Positions 40,096 through 48,383 of a stretch of DNA of 48,383 bases are shown in pieces. Every line of letters begins with the position of its first letter. The first letter of the stretch is position 1. Under the pieces are notes generated by a model. That model did not search any database. It was given only the letters and a program-made list of their open reading frames with translations, and was not told where the DNA came from. The translations under genes were made by a program, and so were the position numbers. The stretch is from positions 1-48,383 of the forward strand of contig JAKSOK010000001.1 of the NCBI GenBank assembly GCA_024405615.1, in the 5' to 3' direction. The stretch is from Phascolarctobacterium sp. Its GTDB lineage: Bacteria > Bacillota > Negativicutes > Acidaminococcales > Acidaminococcaceae.

Positions 40096-40915
40096 GAATA
40101 CTGTTATCTATGCAGTATCAGATTCCATCGGCGAAACTGCGGAATCTGTTGTTAGAGCTACTACAAGCCAATTTGTAGATGTTAAATTTGACGTTATCCG
40201 TGTTCCGTATGTTAAAGATAAGGAACAAATTGATAAAGCAATAGAAGAGGCTGCTGCCAATAACGCTTTGGTTTGCTATACCTTGGTTTCTCCTGATTTG
40301 AGAAGCTATTTGGCTGAGCGTGCTAAAGCTCATCAGGTTGAAACTGTAGATGTTTTAGGTCCCATGCTGAAAATGGTAGGAGATAAAACCGGTACTCAAC
40401 CACGTAACCAAGCAGGTCTAATTCATAGCCTAGACCACGAATATTTCAAACGTGTAGAGGCTGTAGAATTTGCTGTTAAATATGACGATGGTAAGAATCC
40501 TTTAGGCCTGACCAAGGCTGACGTTGTTCTGATTGGTGTTTCCCGTACCTCTAAGACTCCTCTTTCTATGTATTTGGCTCATAAGCAAATTAAGGTTGCT
40601 AACGTGCCTTTGGTGCCGGAGCTGAATCCACCTGAAGAACTGTTCAAAGTTCCTCCTTATAAGATTATTGGTCTGCTGATTGATCCTTATAAGCTGAACG
40701 AAATTCGTGCAGCACGTTTAAAGACCATGGGCTTATCTGACACCGCTGTTTATGCGGATGTAAAGCGTATTAATGAAGAACTGGAATATGCTAGAGGCAT
40801 CATGCGCCGTCTGCATTGCCAAATCATTAACGTTTCTAATCGTGCTATTGAAGAAACCGCTGGTATTATTCTTGATTACGTCCGTAAAAACAAGGAAAGA
40901 CACGGCGAATTATAA
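40088..40915 (+). CDS. PPDK/PEP synthase regulatory kinase-pyrophosphorylase (DUF299, YqfL/PpsR)
   Basis: SDSIGETA, YDDG, LIGVSRTSKTPLS, ANVPL, IEETA; start inferred at non-canonical ATA 40088. Confidence 0.92.
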   Translation: MNKNTVIYAVSDSIGETAESVVRATTSQFVDVKFDVIRVPYVKDKEQIDKAIEEAAANNALVCYTLVSPDLRSYLAERAKAHQVETVDVLGPMLKMVGDKTGTQPRNQAGLIHSLDHEYFKRVEAVEFAVKYDDGKNPLGLTKADVVLIGVSRTSKTPLSMYLAHKQIKVANVPLVPELNPPEELFKVPPYKIIGLLIDPYKLNEIRAARLKTMGLSDTAVYADVKRINEELEYARGIMRRLHCQIINVSNRAIEETAGIILDYVRKNKERHGEL

Positions 40916-40927
40916 TTATCTAACTAC

Positions 40928-40966
40928 AACACAAAGTGTAAAAATTATTACACTTTGTGTTGTTTT
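40928..40966 (+). terminator. Terminator after the ccpN operon
   Basis: AACACAAAGTGTAA...TTACACTTTGTGTT-GTTTT. Confidence 0.8.
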
Positions 40967-40969
40967 ATG

Positions 40970-40998
40970 TTGACATATAATTATAAAGTGTATATAAT
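40970..40998 (+). promoter_or_regulatory. Consensus promoter for typA
   Basis: TTGACA(40970-40975)-17 nt-TATAAT(40993-40998). Confidence 0.85.
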
Positions 40999-41082
40999 TA
41001 TTAAGTTAGTATATGTATGACCAAGGGTGCCTTAGCATCCTTATTTTTTCCCTATCTGTTGTGAATGAGGAGAGTATATAAG

Positions 41083-42918
41083 ATGATTAGAAATGATATT
41101 CGTAATATTGCAATTATCGCTCACGTTGACCATGGCAAGACTACTTTGGTAGATGCTATGCTGAAGCAAAGTGGCGTTTTCCGTGCTAATGAACACGTGG
41201 CTGAACGTGTTATGGACTCCAATGATCTGGAACGTGAACGCGGTATTACCATTTTGTCCAAGAACACTGCTGTTATGCACAATGGCACCAAGATTAACAT
41301 CCTGGATACTCCGGGCCATGCTGACTTCGGTGGTGAGGTTGAACGTGTATTGACTATGGTAGATGGTGTTCTGCTGCTGGTTGATGCTTATGAAGGCCCT
41401 ATGCCTCAAACTAAATACGTACTGCGTAAAGCTTTAGAGCAACATTTGAAGCCTATCGTTGTTATCAATAAAATTGACCGTCCTGACCAACGTGTAGAAG
41501 AAGTTATTGATGAAGTTTTAGATTTGTTCATCGAATTGGATGCAGACGAAGAACAACTGGAATTCCCCGTTGTTTTAGCCTCTGCTCGTAATGGTATCGC
41601 TAAACTGTCTATGGATGAGGAAAGCGATAACTTAGAGCCTCTGTTCAAAGTTATTATGGAAAACATTCCTGCACCTGATGTCGACACTGAAGCAACTCTG
41701 CAAATGCTGGTTAACACCCTGGATTATGACGATTATGTAGGTCGTATCGTTGTAGGTCGTATCGTGCGTGGTACCATCCATAATGGCGAAAATATTACAC
41801 TCTGCAACCAAGATGGTAAAGCTCAAAAGGCTAAGATTGGTCGCCTGTATACCTACGAAGGTCTGAAACGTGTAGAAGCAGAAAGTGCTGGTGCTGGTGA
41901 TATCGTAGCTGTAATTGGTTTAGCTGATGCAACTATCGGTGATACTATTGCGGATTTTGAAAACTTTGAACCCTTAAAAGGCATTAAGGTTGACGAGCCT
42001 ACCTTGTCCATGGTATTCTCTGTTAACAATAGTCCCTTCGCTGGTAAAGAAGGTGATTATGTGACCAGCCGTCATTTACGTGACCGCCTGTTCAAGGAAA
42101 TCAAAACTAACGTATCTATGCGCGTTGAAGAAACTGAAACCACTGAAGCTTTCAAGGTTTCTGGTCGTGGCGAGCTGCATCTGTCCGTATTAATTGAAAC
42201 CATGCGTCGTGAAGGCTACGAATTGCAAGTTGGTAAACCTAAGGTAATCATGCATGAGGATGCAACTGGTACCCTGCAAGAGCCTATGGAAGCACTGACT
42301 ATTGACGTTCCTCAAGATTTCATGGGTGCTGTTATGGAAGCTTTAGGTCTGCGTAAGGCTGAACTGCAAAACATGACTGAAATGGCTGGCTATATCCGCA
42401 TGGAATTTAAGATTCCTGCTCGTGGTCTGATTGGCTTCCGCAATCAATTCTTAACCGATACTAAGGGCAATGGCGTTATGAACCATGTATTTGCTGGTTA
42501 CGAAGACTACAAAGGACCCATCCCCGGCCGTACTCGTGGTAGCCTTGTTGCATTCGAATCTGGCGAAACTACTTCCTATGGTATTGGCAACTGCCAAGAA
42601 CGCGGTACTATGTTTATTATTCCTGCAGAATCTGTTTACGAAGGCCAAATCATTGGTGAAAATACTCGTGAAGATGATATGGACGTTAACCCCTGCAAGA
42701 AGAAACACGTATCCAACATGCGCGCTTCCGGTTCTGATGAAGCTATCCGCTTGATACCTCCCAAGACCTTCTCTTTGGAACAAGCTTTGGAGCATATCAA
42801 TGATGACGAATTAGTAGAAGTTACTCCTAAGAGCATTCGTATGCGTAAGACTGTTCTGAGCCGCTTGGAACGTGGTAAGATTCGCGGTCGTATTAAAAGC
42901 CAAATGGCAAATATGTAA
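41083..42918 (+). CDS. typA: Translational GTPase TypA/BipA
   Basis: [50 protein letters not shown]. Confidence 0.98.
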   Translation: MIRNDIRNIAIIAHVDHGKTTLVDAMLKQSGVFRANEHVAERVMDSNDLERERGITILSKNTAVMHNGTKINILDTPGHADFGGEVERVLTMVDGVLLLVDAYEGPMPQTKYVLRKALEQHLKPIVVINKIDRPDQRVEEVIDEVLDLFIELDADEEQLEFPVVLASARNGIAKLSMDEESDNLEPLFKVIMENIPAPDVDTEATLQMLVNTLDYDDYVGRIVVGRIVRGTIHNGENITLCNQDGKAQKAKIGRLYTYEGLKRVEAESAGAGDIVAVIGLADATIGDTIADFENFEPLKGIKVDEPTLSMVFSVNNSPFAGKEGDYVTSRHLRDRLFKEIKTNVSMRVEETETTEAFKVSGRGELHLSVLIETMRREGYELQVGKPKVIMHEDATGTLQEPMEALTIDVPQDFMGAVMEALGLRKAELQNMTEMAGYIRMEFKIPARGLIGFRNQFLTDTKGNGVMNHVFAGYEDYKGPIPGRTRGSLVAFESGETTSYGIGNCQERGTMFIIPAESVYEGQIIGENTREDDMDVNPCKKKHVSNMRASGSDEAIRLIPPKTFSLEQALEHINDDELVEVTPKSIRMRKTVLSRLERGKIRGRIKSQMANM

Positions 42919-42943
42919 TCTTTAAATAAATTCTAAATTGTCA

Positions 42944-42982
42944 GAAAAGGTGAGAAAATTTGCAATTTTTTCACCTTTTTTT
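42944..42982 (+). terminator. Terminator after typA
   Basis: AAAAGGTGAGAAAATT...AATTTTTTCACCTTTTTT. Confidence 0.82.
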
Positions 42983-43078
42983 GTTGAAAAATACTTGCTA
43001 TTTTTCACATATAGGTGTAAAATATATATACGTAATTATAGCTAAAAAAGGCTTTTATGATAGTTTGGAGGCAAAAAA

Positions 43079-43438
43079 ATGGATTTAAAGGGTAAAGCAC
43101 TGAGTTTCTTTATGAACGATGTAGAAGAAGACGAACAACAAGTTTTTGAAGGTCCCCGTCTGGTTAAGAGTGGTCACTTAAACATTATGATTCGCACTCC
43201 CAAAAATTTTGGTGATGTTCGTGAATATGCAGATTCTCTTATTGGTGGTTCTGCTATCATGGTTTGCTTTGATGCAGTTGATGGCGCTTTGAAAAACCGT
43301 ATTTTTGACTATATGAATGGCGTTAGCTACATTGTTGGTGCATCTGTATCCCGTGTTAACGACGATTTGTTGCTCTATGCTCCCCAACAAGTCAGCATTA
43401 GCAAAAAGATTGTTAAATCTCGTAGCTGGTTAGATTAA
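43079..43438 (+). CDS. sepF: Cell division protein SepF-like
   Basis: PKNFGDVREYADSL, RIFDYMNGVSYIVG, LLYAP; candidate promoter TTGCTA-17-TAAAAT at 42995-43023. Confidence 0.8.
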   Translation: MDLKGKALSFFMNDVEEDEQQVFEGPRLVKSGHLNIMIRTPKNFGDVREYADSLIGGSAIMVCFDAVDGALKNRIFDYMNGVSYIVGASVSRVNDDLLLYAPQQVSISKKIVKSRSWLD

Positions 43439-43527
43439 TTCCAAACTATTTTTTATATGGATAAGTAGGAGAGAGCAAACTGGTTTGCTTCACAGTTTAT
43501 CTCTACCTTGAAGAAAAATGTAGAATT

Positions 43528-43574
43528 ACCTGTCCTAGAGGTTGTTATAACTAAAATGGACAGGTTTTTTATTT
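43528..43574 (+). terminator. Terminator about 90 nt downstream of sepF
   Basis: ACCTGTCC...GGACAGGT-TTTTT. Confidence 0.7.
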
Positions 43575-43791
43575 GCTATAATATTAAAAATATATACGTA
43601 TAAAATATAAAAATAAAGCTGTATGTAAAATATGAATAAGAATTTGAAAAATTATATACATTAAGGTGTTTATTATTCATAAAAAGCGATAATTTTCCTT
43701 GCTAATAATTTTATCTTATAGTATAATATATAACACGTTGGTATATGCTAATAGAATGTTGTTTTATATAGATTGAGGAAGGGGAAATACA

Positions 43792-44019
43792 ATGGACCAA
43801 GAATTTAAGAAAATAGGTAAACGCATCAAGATTATTCGTATCGAAAAAGGCATCACTCAAACTAATTTGGCTAAAGAGTTAGGTATTTCTCAAACTAATA
43901 TGAGCAATATTGAATGTGGCCGAGTATCTGTAACTGTACAAAACCTTTTTAAGCTGCACGAAATCTTAAATTGCAGCATGGCAGAATTCTTTAAAGATAT
44001 CGATAGCCAAGTTAAATAA
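43792..44019 (+). CDS. XRE/HTH_3 transcriptional regulator
   Basis: IGKRIKIIRIEKGITQTNLAKELGISQTNMSNIECG; candidate promoter TTGCTA-17-TATAAT at 43699-43727. Confidence 0.92.
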   Translation: MDQEFKKIGKRIKIIRIEKGITQTNLAKELGISQTNMSNIECGRVSVTVQNLFKLHEILNCSMAEFFKDIDSQVK

Positions 44020-44023
44020 AAAG

Positions 44024-44097
44024 TAAGGCTGTAGTAGAAATGCTACAGTCTTTTTTTTGCAAAGAAAAAGGCGCTCTCTTAAAGATAGCGCCTTTAT
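44024..44097. terminator. Back-to-back terminators for the XRE gene (+) and ilvA (-)
   Basis: AAGGCTGTAGTA-GAAA-TGCTACAGTCTTTTTTTT and AAAGGCGCT...AGCGCCTTT. Confidence 0.82.
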
Positions 44098-44126
44098 TTA
44101 TGGATGCTTCATTATAAAAAGAAAAG

Positions 44127-45323
44127 TTAAAATACTAGAGTAAAGCCTTTTTCGGTAAGAGCAGTGCGAATCTCTTGGATTTGTTCTGCATCACGAGTTT
44201 CCAGGCCTATGGTCAGGAAGCAGCTATTAACTGCCATGTTAACATCACTGTTGTCATGGTGAACGCTGATTACATTAGCACCGCACTTGGAAACGATTTC
44301 GCTGACAGTAGTCAATTGGCCAGGTTTGTCCTCCAAAGCAATAGTAAGGGTTGCTTTGCGACCGGTGGTAATTTGACCACGAGTAATAACGCGAGAGAGA
44401 ATGTTTACGTCGATGTTACCGCCGGAAATGAGGCAAACGGTCTTTTTGCCTTGGATAGGCAGCTTATCAAAGAGGGCTGCAGCTACGGGAGTTGCACCTG
44501 CACCTTCAGAAATAAGCTTTTGCTTTTCAATAAGAGCCAGAATTGCAGTTGCAATTTCGTCTTCACTTACAGTTACGATATCATCAACATATTTAGAAAT
44601 CATTTCAAAGGTATTTTCGCCAGGAGTTTTAACAGCAATACCATCGGCAAAGGTGTTTACTTTATCAAGGCAACCGTATTTTTTCTCGTGGTAAGCTTTG
44701 AACATGCTTGCTGCACCTGCAGCTTGAACACCGTAAACTTTAACCTCAGGACGTAGGCTCTTAATAGCAAAAGCAACGCCACTTAAAAGACCACCGCCAC
44801 CGATAGGAACGATAACTGCTTCTACATCAGGCAGCTGATCGAGGATTTCCAGACCAATAGAGCCTTGGCCGGCAATAACCAGCTCATCATCATAGGGATG
44901 GATAAAGGTCATACCGGTTTCCTGTTGCAGTTCTACAGCTCTGTCGTGAGCATCATCATAAGTACCCTTAACAAGCTCAACTTGTGCGCCTAAATGTTTG
45001 GTGTTTTCAACCTTCATGATGGGCGCGCCATCAGGCATACAGATAACAGATTTAATACCCATCTTAGTTGCTGCCAAAGCAACACCTTGAGCGTGGTTAC
45101 CAGCAGAGCAGGCAATAACACCTTTGGAAGCTTCTTCAGGAGTTAGTTGACTGATTTTATAGTAAGCACCGCGCAGTTTGAAACTACCAGTTACTTGCAG
45201 ATTTTCAGTTTTTAGATAGATATTAGTTTTTGCGCTCAGATTAGGAGCTGCGATAAGGTCAGTTTTACGAGCAACATTTCGGAGCACGAAAGCTGCATGA
45301 TAAATTTTATCTAAGGTTAACAT
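44127..45323 (-). CDS. ilvA: Threonine ammonia-lyase (short form with one ACT domain)
   Basis: KTENLQVTGSFKLRG, SAGNHAQG, IGGGGL, SGGNID, ACT LEDKPGQL. Confidence 0.95.
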   Translation of the reverse strand: MLTLDKIYHAAFVLRNVARKTDLIAAPNLSAKTNIYLKTENLQVTGSFKLRGAYYKISQLTPEEASKGVIACSAGNHAQGVALAATKMGIKSVICMPDGAPIMKVENTKHLGAQVELVKGTYDDAHDRAVELQQETGMTFIHPYDDELVIAGQGSIGLEILDQLPDVEAVIVPIGGGGLLSGVAFAIKSLRPEVKVYGVQAAGAASMFKAYHEKKYGCLDKVNTFADGIAVKTPGENTFEMISKYVDDIVTVSEDEIATAILALIEKQKLISEGAGATPVAAALFDKLPIQGKKTVCLISGGNIDVNILSRVITRGQITTGRKATLTIALEDKPGQLTTVSEIVSKCGANVISVHHDNSDVNMAVNSCFLTIGLETRDAEQIQEIRTALTEKGFTLVF

Positions 45324-45518
45324 AAGGGGACCTCCAATTTTCTTAATAGCAAATAGTATATATAAAGCTTTTTACATATATAGACATAAGTAATATATCA
45401 ATTATAGCTACTATGTAGATAATAGTCAAGCTTTAACAAGTATACAGAATTATTTTTGACTTTTATTGGGGAATAGGTTAAAATAAAAATAATAAGTTAT
45501 GGTATAAGGAGGACTATT

Positions 45519-45672
45519 ATGTCCAGTAGCAGAAAAACCGCAAGAACCTGCTAAACCTGAATCTCCAGTAGCTCCTGCTGTAGCAGCTGAAGCTGCTACT
45601 AAATGCCCCTATTGTGACAGTGAAATTCCTGCAGGAAGTAAATTCTGCGGTAACTGTGGCGCAAAGCTGTAA
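45519..45672 (+). pseudogene. Remnant of a zinc-ribbon domain protein (frameshifted or internally deleted)
   Basis: AAGGAGG+ATG gives only MSSSRKTARTC*; the +1 frame reads PVAEKPQEPAK...CPYCDSEIPAGSKFCGNCGAKL* with no in-frame start. Confidence 0.75.
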
Positions 45673-45733
45673 TTTACAGTTTGATTACAAAAGCTCCTGC
45701 TTCGCCCAAGCAGAGCCCATAAAACTTCTAAGT

Positions 45734-45776
45734 ATATGAAAGCCTAAGCTGCCCGCTTGGGCTTTCATATCTTTTT
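45734..45776 (+). terminator. Strong intrinsic terminator after the pseudogene
   Basis: ATATGAAAGCCTAAGC-TGCCC-GCTTGGGCTTTCATAT-CTTTTT. Confidence 0.85.
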
Positions 45777-45809
45777 AATTATATTAAAGAAGTTTATTTA
45801 TAGATACTA

Positions 45810-45838
45810 TTGCTAATTACATATATATATGCTATAAT
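45810..45838 (+). promoter_or_regulatory. Promoter of the rimP-nusA-infB operon
   Basis: TTGCTA-17 nt-TATAAT with extended TG. Confidence 0.75.
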
Positions 45839-45864
45839 ATCTAAGAATCAGAATACTATTTGAC

Positions 45865-45895
45865 GGAAGAGTGAGTTGCAAGACTCACTCTTTCC
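45865..45895 (+). promoter_or_regulatory. rimP leader hairpin (attenuator-like)
   Basis: GGAAGAGTGAGTT-GCAA-GACTCACTCTTTCC with GNRA loop between promoter and rimP; similar GAGTG...CACTC hairpins precede rimP in Firmicutes. Confidence 0.65.
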
Positions 45896-45959
45896 ACATT
45901 CTTAAGCAAATTTTTCTTAAATATAGTCAAAACTTAATATGGTAATGGAGGTGAAAAAG

Positions 45960-46436
45960 ATGCAGGCACAGGAAATTGAAGCTATGATGACAGAAATGGT
46001 TTCAGCACTTTTAGCTGATACGGATCTGGAACTGGTGGACGTGGAATATGTTCGTGAAAAGGATTGGTATTTACGTATTTTTATCGACAAGCCTGAGGGA
46101 GTTGAAATTGACGACTGTCAAATGGTAAGTGAAAAAATTACGGAGCTGCTGGATGCTAAGGATCCTATTCCTGATAAGTACTACCTAGAGGTTTCTTCGC
46201 CAGGCATCGATAGACCGCTGAAAAAGGATAGCGACTTTGAAGCAGCCTATGAAACAAAAGTAGACATTGAATTCAACGAGCCTTGGGAAGGCTTAGAGGA
46301 GCTGGTAGGTGTTTTGGTAAGCCATGATGCCGAAAGCGTGGAAGTAAGAAAAATTATTAAGGGTAGAGAGTTTAAGAAGCCAGTAAAAATTGCTCGTTCT
46401 CAAATCGCCCTAATTAGACCGCATATTGATTTTTAA
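45960..46436 (+). CDS. rimP: Ribosome maturation factor RimP
   Basis: ELVDVEYV, LRIFIDK, DDC, YYLEVSSPGIDRPL; ATG 45960 after GGAGGTG. Confidence 0.96.
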   Translation: MQAQEIEAMMTEMVSALLADTDLELVDVEYVREKDWYLRIFIDKPEGVEIDDCQMVSEKITELLDAKDPIPDKYYLEVSSPGIDRPLKKDSDFEAAYETKVDIEFNEPWEGLEELVGVLVSHDAESVEVRKIIKGREFKKPVKIARSQIALIRPHIDF

Positions 46437-46452
46437 AGGAGGAATTAACAAA

Positions 46453-47502
46453 GTGAACGCAGATTTTATCTCCGCTGTCCAAGAATTGGGCAAGGAAAAG
46501 GGCATTGACCCTGAAATGCTTTTTACAGCTGTTGAAGAAGCATTAGTGGCTGCATATAAGAAAAACTATGGTTCTAACCAAAACGTTAGAGTTGATCTGA
46601 ATAAAACCAGTGGTGAAATTCATGTTTTTGCACAACGTACTATCGTAGAGGGACCTACCGAGGATTTCGGTGAAATCTCTCTGGAGGAAGCACGCGAAAT
46701 TAATCCTAACTACGAATTAGAGGATATTGTAGAGGTTGAGGTTACTCCTAGAAACTTCGGTCGTATTGCTGCTCAAAATGCTAAACAGGTGGTTGTACAA
46801 CGCATTCGTGAAGCAGAACGCGGCATGGTATTCGAACGCTTCTCTGGACGTGAGCAAGATATCGTAACTGGCGTTATCCAACGTATGGAGGCTGGTAATG
46901 TTTATATCGACCTGGGCAAGGTTGAAGCAGTACTGGCACAAAAGGAACAAATTCCCGGTGAGGTTTACCAATATCATGATCGCATGAAGACCTATATCGT
47001 TGAAGTTAAACGCACTAGCAAGGGACCGCAAATCATGGTATCTCGTACTCATCCAGGTCTGCTGAAACGTTTATTTGAACTGGAGGTTCCTGAAATCCAA
47101 GATGGCGTTGTAGAAATTAAATCTGTTTCTCGTGAACCTGGTATGCGTTCTAAGATTTCCGTATATACCGCAGATCCTAACGTAGATCCTGTTGGTGCTT
47201 GCGTTGGTCATAAGGGCATGCGTGTTCAATCCATCGTTAATGAACTGCGTGGGGAAAAAATTGATATCGTAAAATACAGCGAAGATCCCGCTCAATATGT
47301 TGCTAATGCATTGAGCCCTGCTAAGGTTGTTTATACCGAGGTTCATGAAGAAGAAAAGATTTGTCGTGTAGTAGTTCCTGATTATCAACTGTCCTTGGCT
47401 ATTGGCAAAGAAGGTCAAAATGCTCGTTTGGCTGCTAAGCTGACCAATTGGAAGATTGATATTAAGAGTGAATCTCAAGCTGCTGAGGAAGCAGAGGCAT
47501 AA
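46453..47502 (+). CDS. nusA: Transcription termination/antitermination factor NusA
   Basis: FGRIAAQNAKQ, IREAER, LFELEVPEI, AIGKEGQNARLAA; GTG 46453 after AAGGAGG. Confidence 0.98.
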   Translation: MNADFISAVQELGKEKGIDPEMLFTAVEEALVAAYKKNYGSNQNVRVDLNKTSGEIHVFAQRTIVEGPTEDFGEISLEEAREINPNYELEDIVEVEVTPRNFGRIAAQNAKQVVVQRIREAERGMVFERFSGREQDIVTGVIQRMEAGNVYIDLGKVEAVLAQKEQIPGEVYQYHDRMKTYIVEVKRTSKGPQIMVSRTHPGLLKRLFELEVPEIQDGVVEIKSVSREPGMRSKISVYTADPNVDPVGACVGHKGMRVQSIVNELRGEKIDIVKYSEDPAQYVANALSPAKVVYTEVHEEEKICRVVVPDYQLSLAIGKEGQNARLAAKLTNWKIDIKSESQAAEEAEA

Positions 47503-47503
47503 A

Positions 47504-47773
47504 ATGTTAAAGGTTAAAAAAATCCCCCAGCGCAAATGTGTTGGCTGTGAGGAAATGAAAGATAAAAAGCTGCTGCTGCGAGTAGTTCGTTCTCCGGAGG
47601 GAGAGCTGAGCCTGGATAAAACTGGCAAGAAAAACGGACGTGGCGCTTATGTTTGTCCTACTAAAGAATGCATTACTAAGGCTGTTAAAGAAAAGCGTTT
47701 AGAATATGCACTGAAAACTCCTTTAGAGGCAGATGTGTTGCAGCGTTTACTGGAGGAGCTGGAAAATGACTAA
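47504..47773 (+). CDS. ylxR: YlxR/RnpM (DUF448) RNA-binding protein
   Basis: KKIPQRKCVGC, LLRVVR, GRGAYVC; nusA operon context. Confidence 0.93.
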   Translation: MLKVKKIPQRKCVGCEEMKDKKLLLRVVRSPEGELSLDKTGKKNGRGAYVCPTKECITKAVKEKRLEYALKTPLEADVLQRLLEELEND

Positions 47774-48059
47774 TAATCAAGTAGCTTTCGCATTAGGCTT
47801 AGCTCAAAAGGCTGGCAAAGCAGCCTCCGGTGATTTTGCTGTACGTGGTGCTCTGAAAGCAGGAAAGGTTAAGTTATTGGTTATAGCAACTGACACTGCT
47901 GAAAACACCAAAAAAGAGCTGCTCTATTTGGCAGAGCAAGCGAAGGTTGAGGTTAAGGAATTCTTGACCAAAGCTGAGCTGGGCTATGCTATTGGTAAGG
48001 CTCAAAGAACTGCAGTAGCAATTATGGATGAAAATTTTGCTAAAATGCTTAGAAAATAA
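47766..48059 (+). CDS. ylxQ: L7Ae-family RNA-binding protein YlxQ
   Basis: LGLAQKAGK..SG, LLVIATD, ELGYAIGK; nusA operon context. Confidence 0.9.
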   Translation: MTNNQVAFALGLAQKAGKAASGDFAVRGALKAGKVKLLVIATDTAENTKKELLYLAEQAKVEVKEFLTKAELGYAIGKAQRTAVAIMDENFAKMLRK

Positions 48060-48089
48060 ATCCCGTAGACACGAATTGGAGGTGGCTTA

Positions 48090-48383
48090 ATGGGGAATAA
48101 AAGACTTTATGAGGTAGCCAAAGAGCTTGGCAAACCTGCCAATGAAATCATAGATATTTTGAAAAAGAACAATATAGATAAGAAAACAGTAAGTGGTTTG
48201 GATGATGGTGAGATTCAAATTATCAAAGCTGCTTATGCACCTAAACCTGCACCGAAGCCTGTAGCAAAGACTGCTGCACCGGCTGCGCCTGCACAACGTC
48301 CTCAAGGACAAAATAATGTAAATCGCAATGATAGACCGCAAGGCCAAGGTAACTTCAACCGTGGCGATAGACCGCAAGGCCAA
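48090..48383 (+). CDS. infB: Translation initiation factor IF-2 (N-terminus; truncated by window edge)
   Basis: Hand translation: MGNKRLYEVAKELGKPANEIIDILKK...APKPAPKP...; GGAGGTG RBS; follows ylxQ. Confidence 0.92.
   Translation, partial: MGNKRLYEVAKELGKPANEIIDILKKNNIDKKTVSGLDDGEIQIIKAAYAPKPAPKPVAKTAAPAAPAQRPQGQNNVNRNDRPQGQGNFNRGDRPQGQ

Noticed and set aside
48087-48383. 98-aa minus-strand ORF in the track
   Set aside because: The real gene is infB on the + strand, which the track misses because it is truncated

Overview
A ~48 kb AT-rich core-chromosome segment from an anaerobic Firmicute. Protein character suggests Negativicutes/Acidaminococcaceae (Phascolarctobacterium-like); this is my impression, not a database result. 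In order it carries: partial fba; DUF896-RluA; TetR; NUDIX; yebC-ruvCAB-queH-spoIID/lytB-queA-tgt-yajC-5-FTHF cyclo-ligase-secDF; a PLP Orn/Lys/Arg decarboxylase; two related secreted hypothetical proteins; an orphan enzyme-like gene in front of a tctBA pair lacking tctC; ilvD; an SseB-like fusion; fabK; HU with a Lys/Ala tail; a two-gene GltD-linked (group A2-type) [FeFe]-hydrogenase; an SSS transporter; a pgm-glmS-galE-[UPRT-like]-codB cluster; ccpN plus PPDK regulator; typA; sepF; an XRE regulator; ilvA; a zinc-ribbon pseudogene; and rimP-nusA-ylxR-ylxQ-infB (partial). I saw no rRNA, tRNA, CRISPR, transposase or phage genes. The best candidate for an undescribed system is the enlarged, divergent UPRT-like phosphoribosyltransferase beside a CodB-type permease with no codA in the cluster, flanked by structured intergenic sequences.
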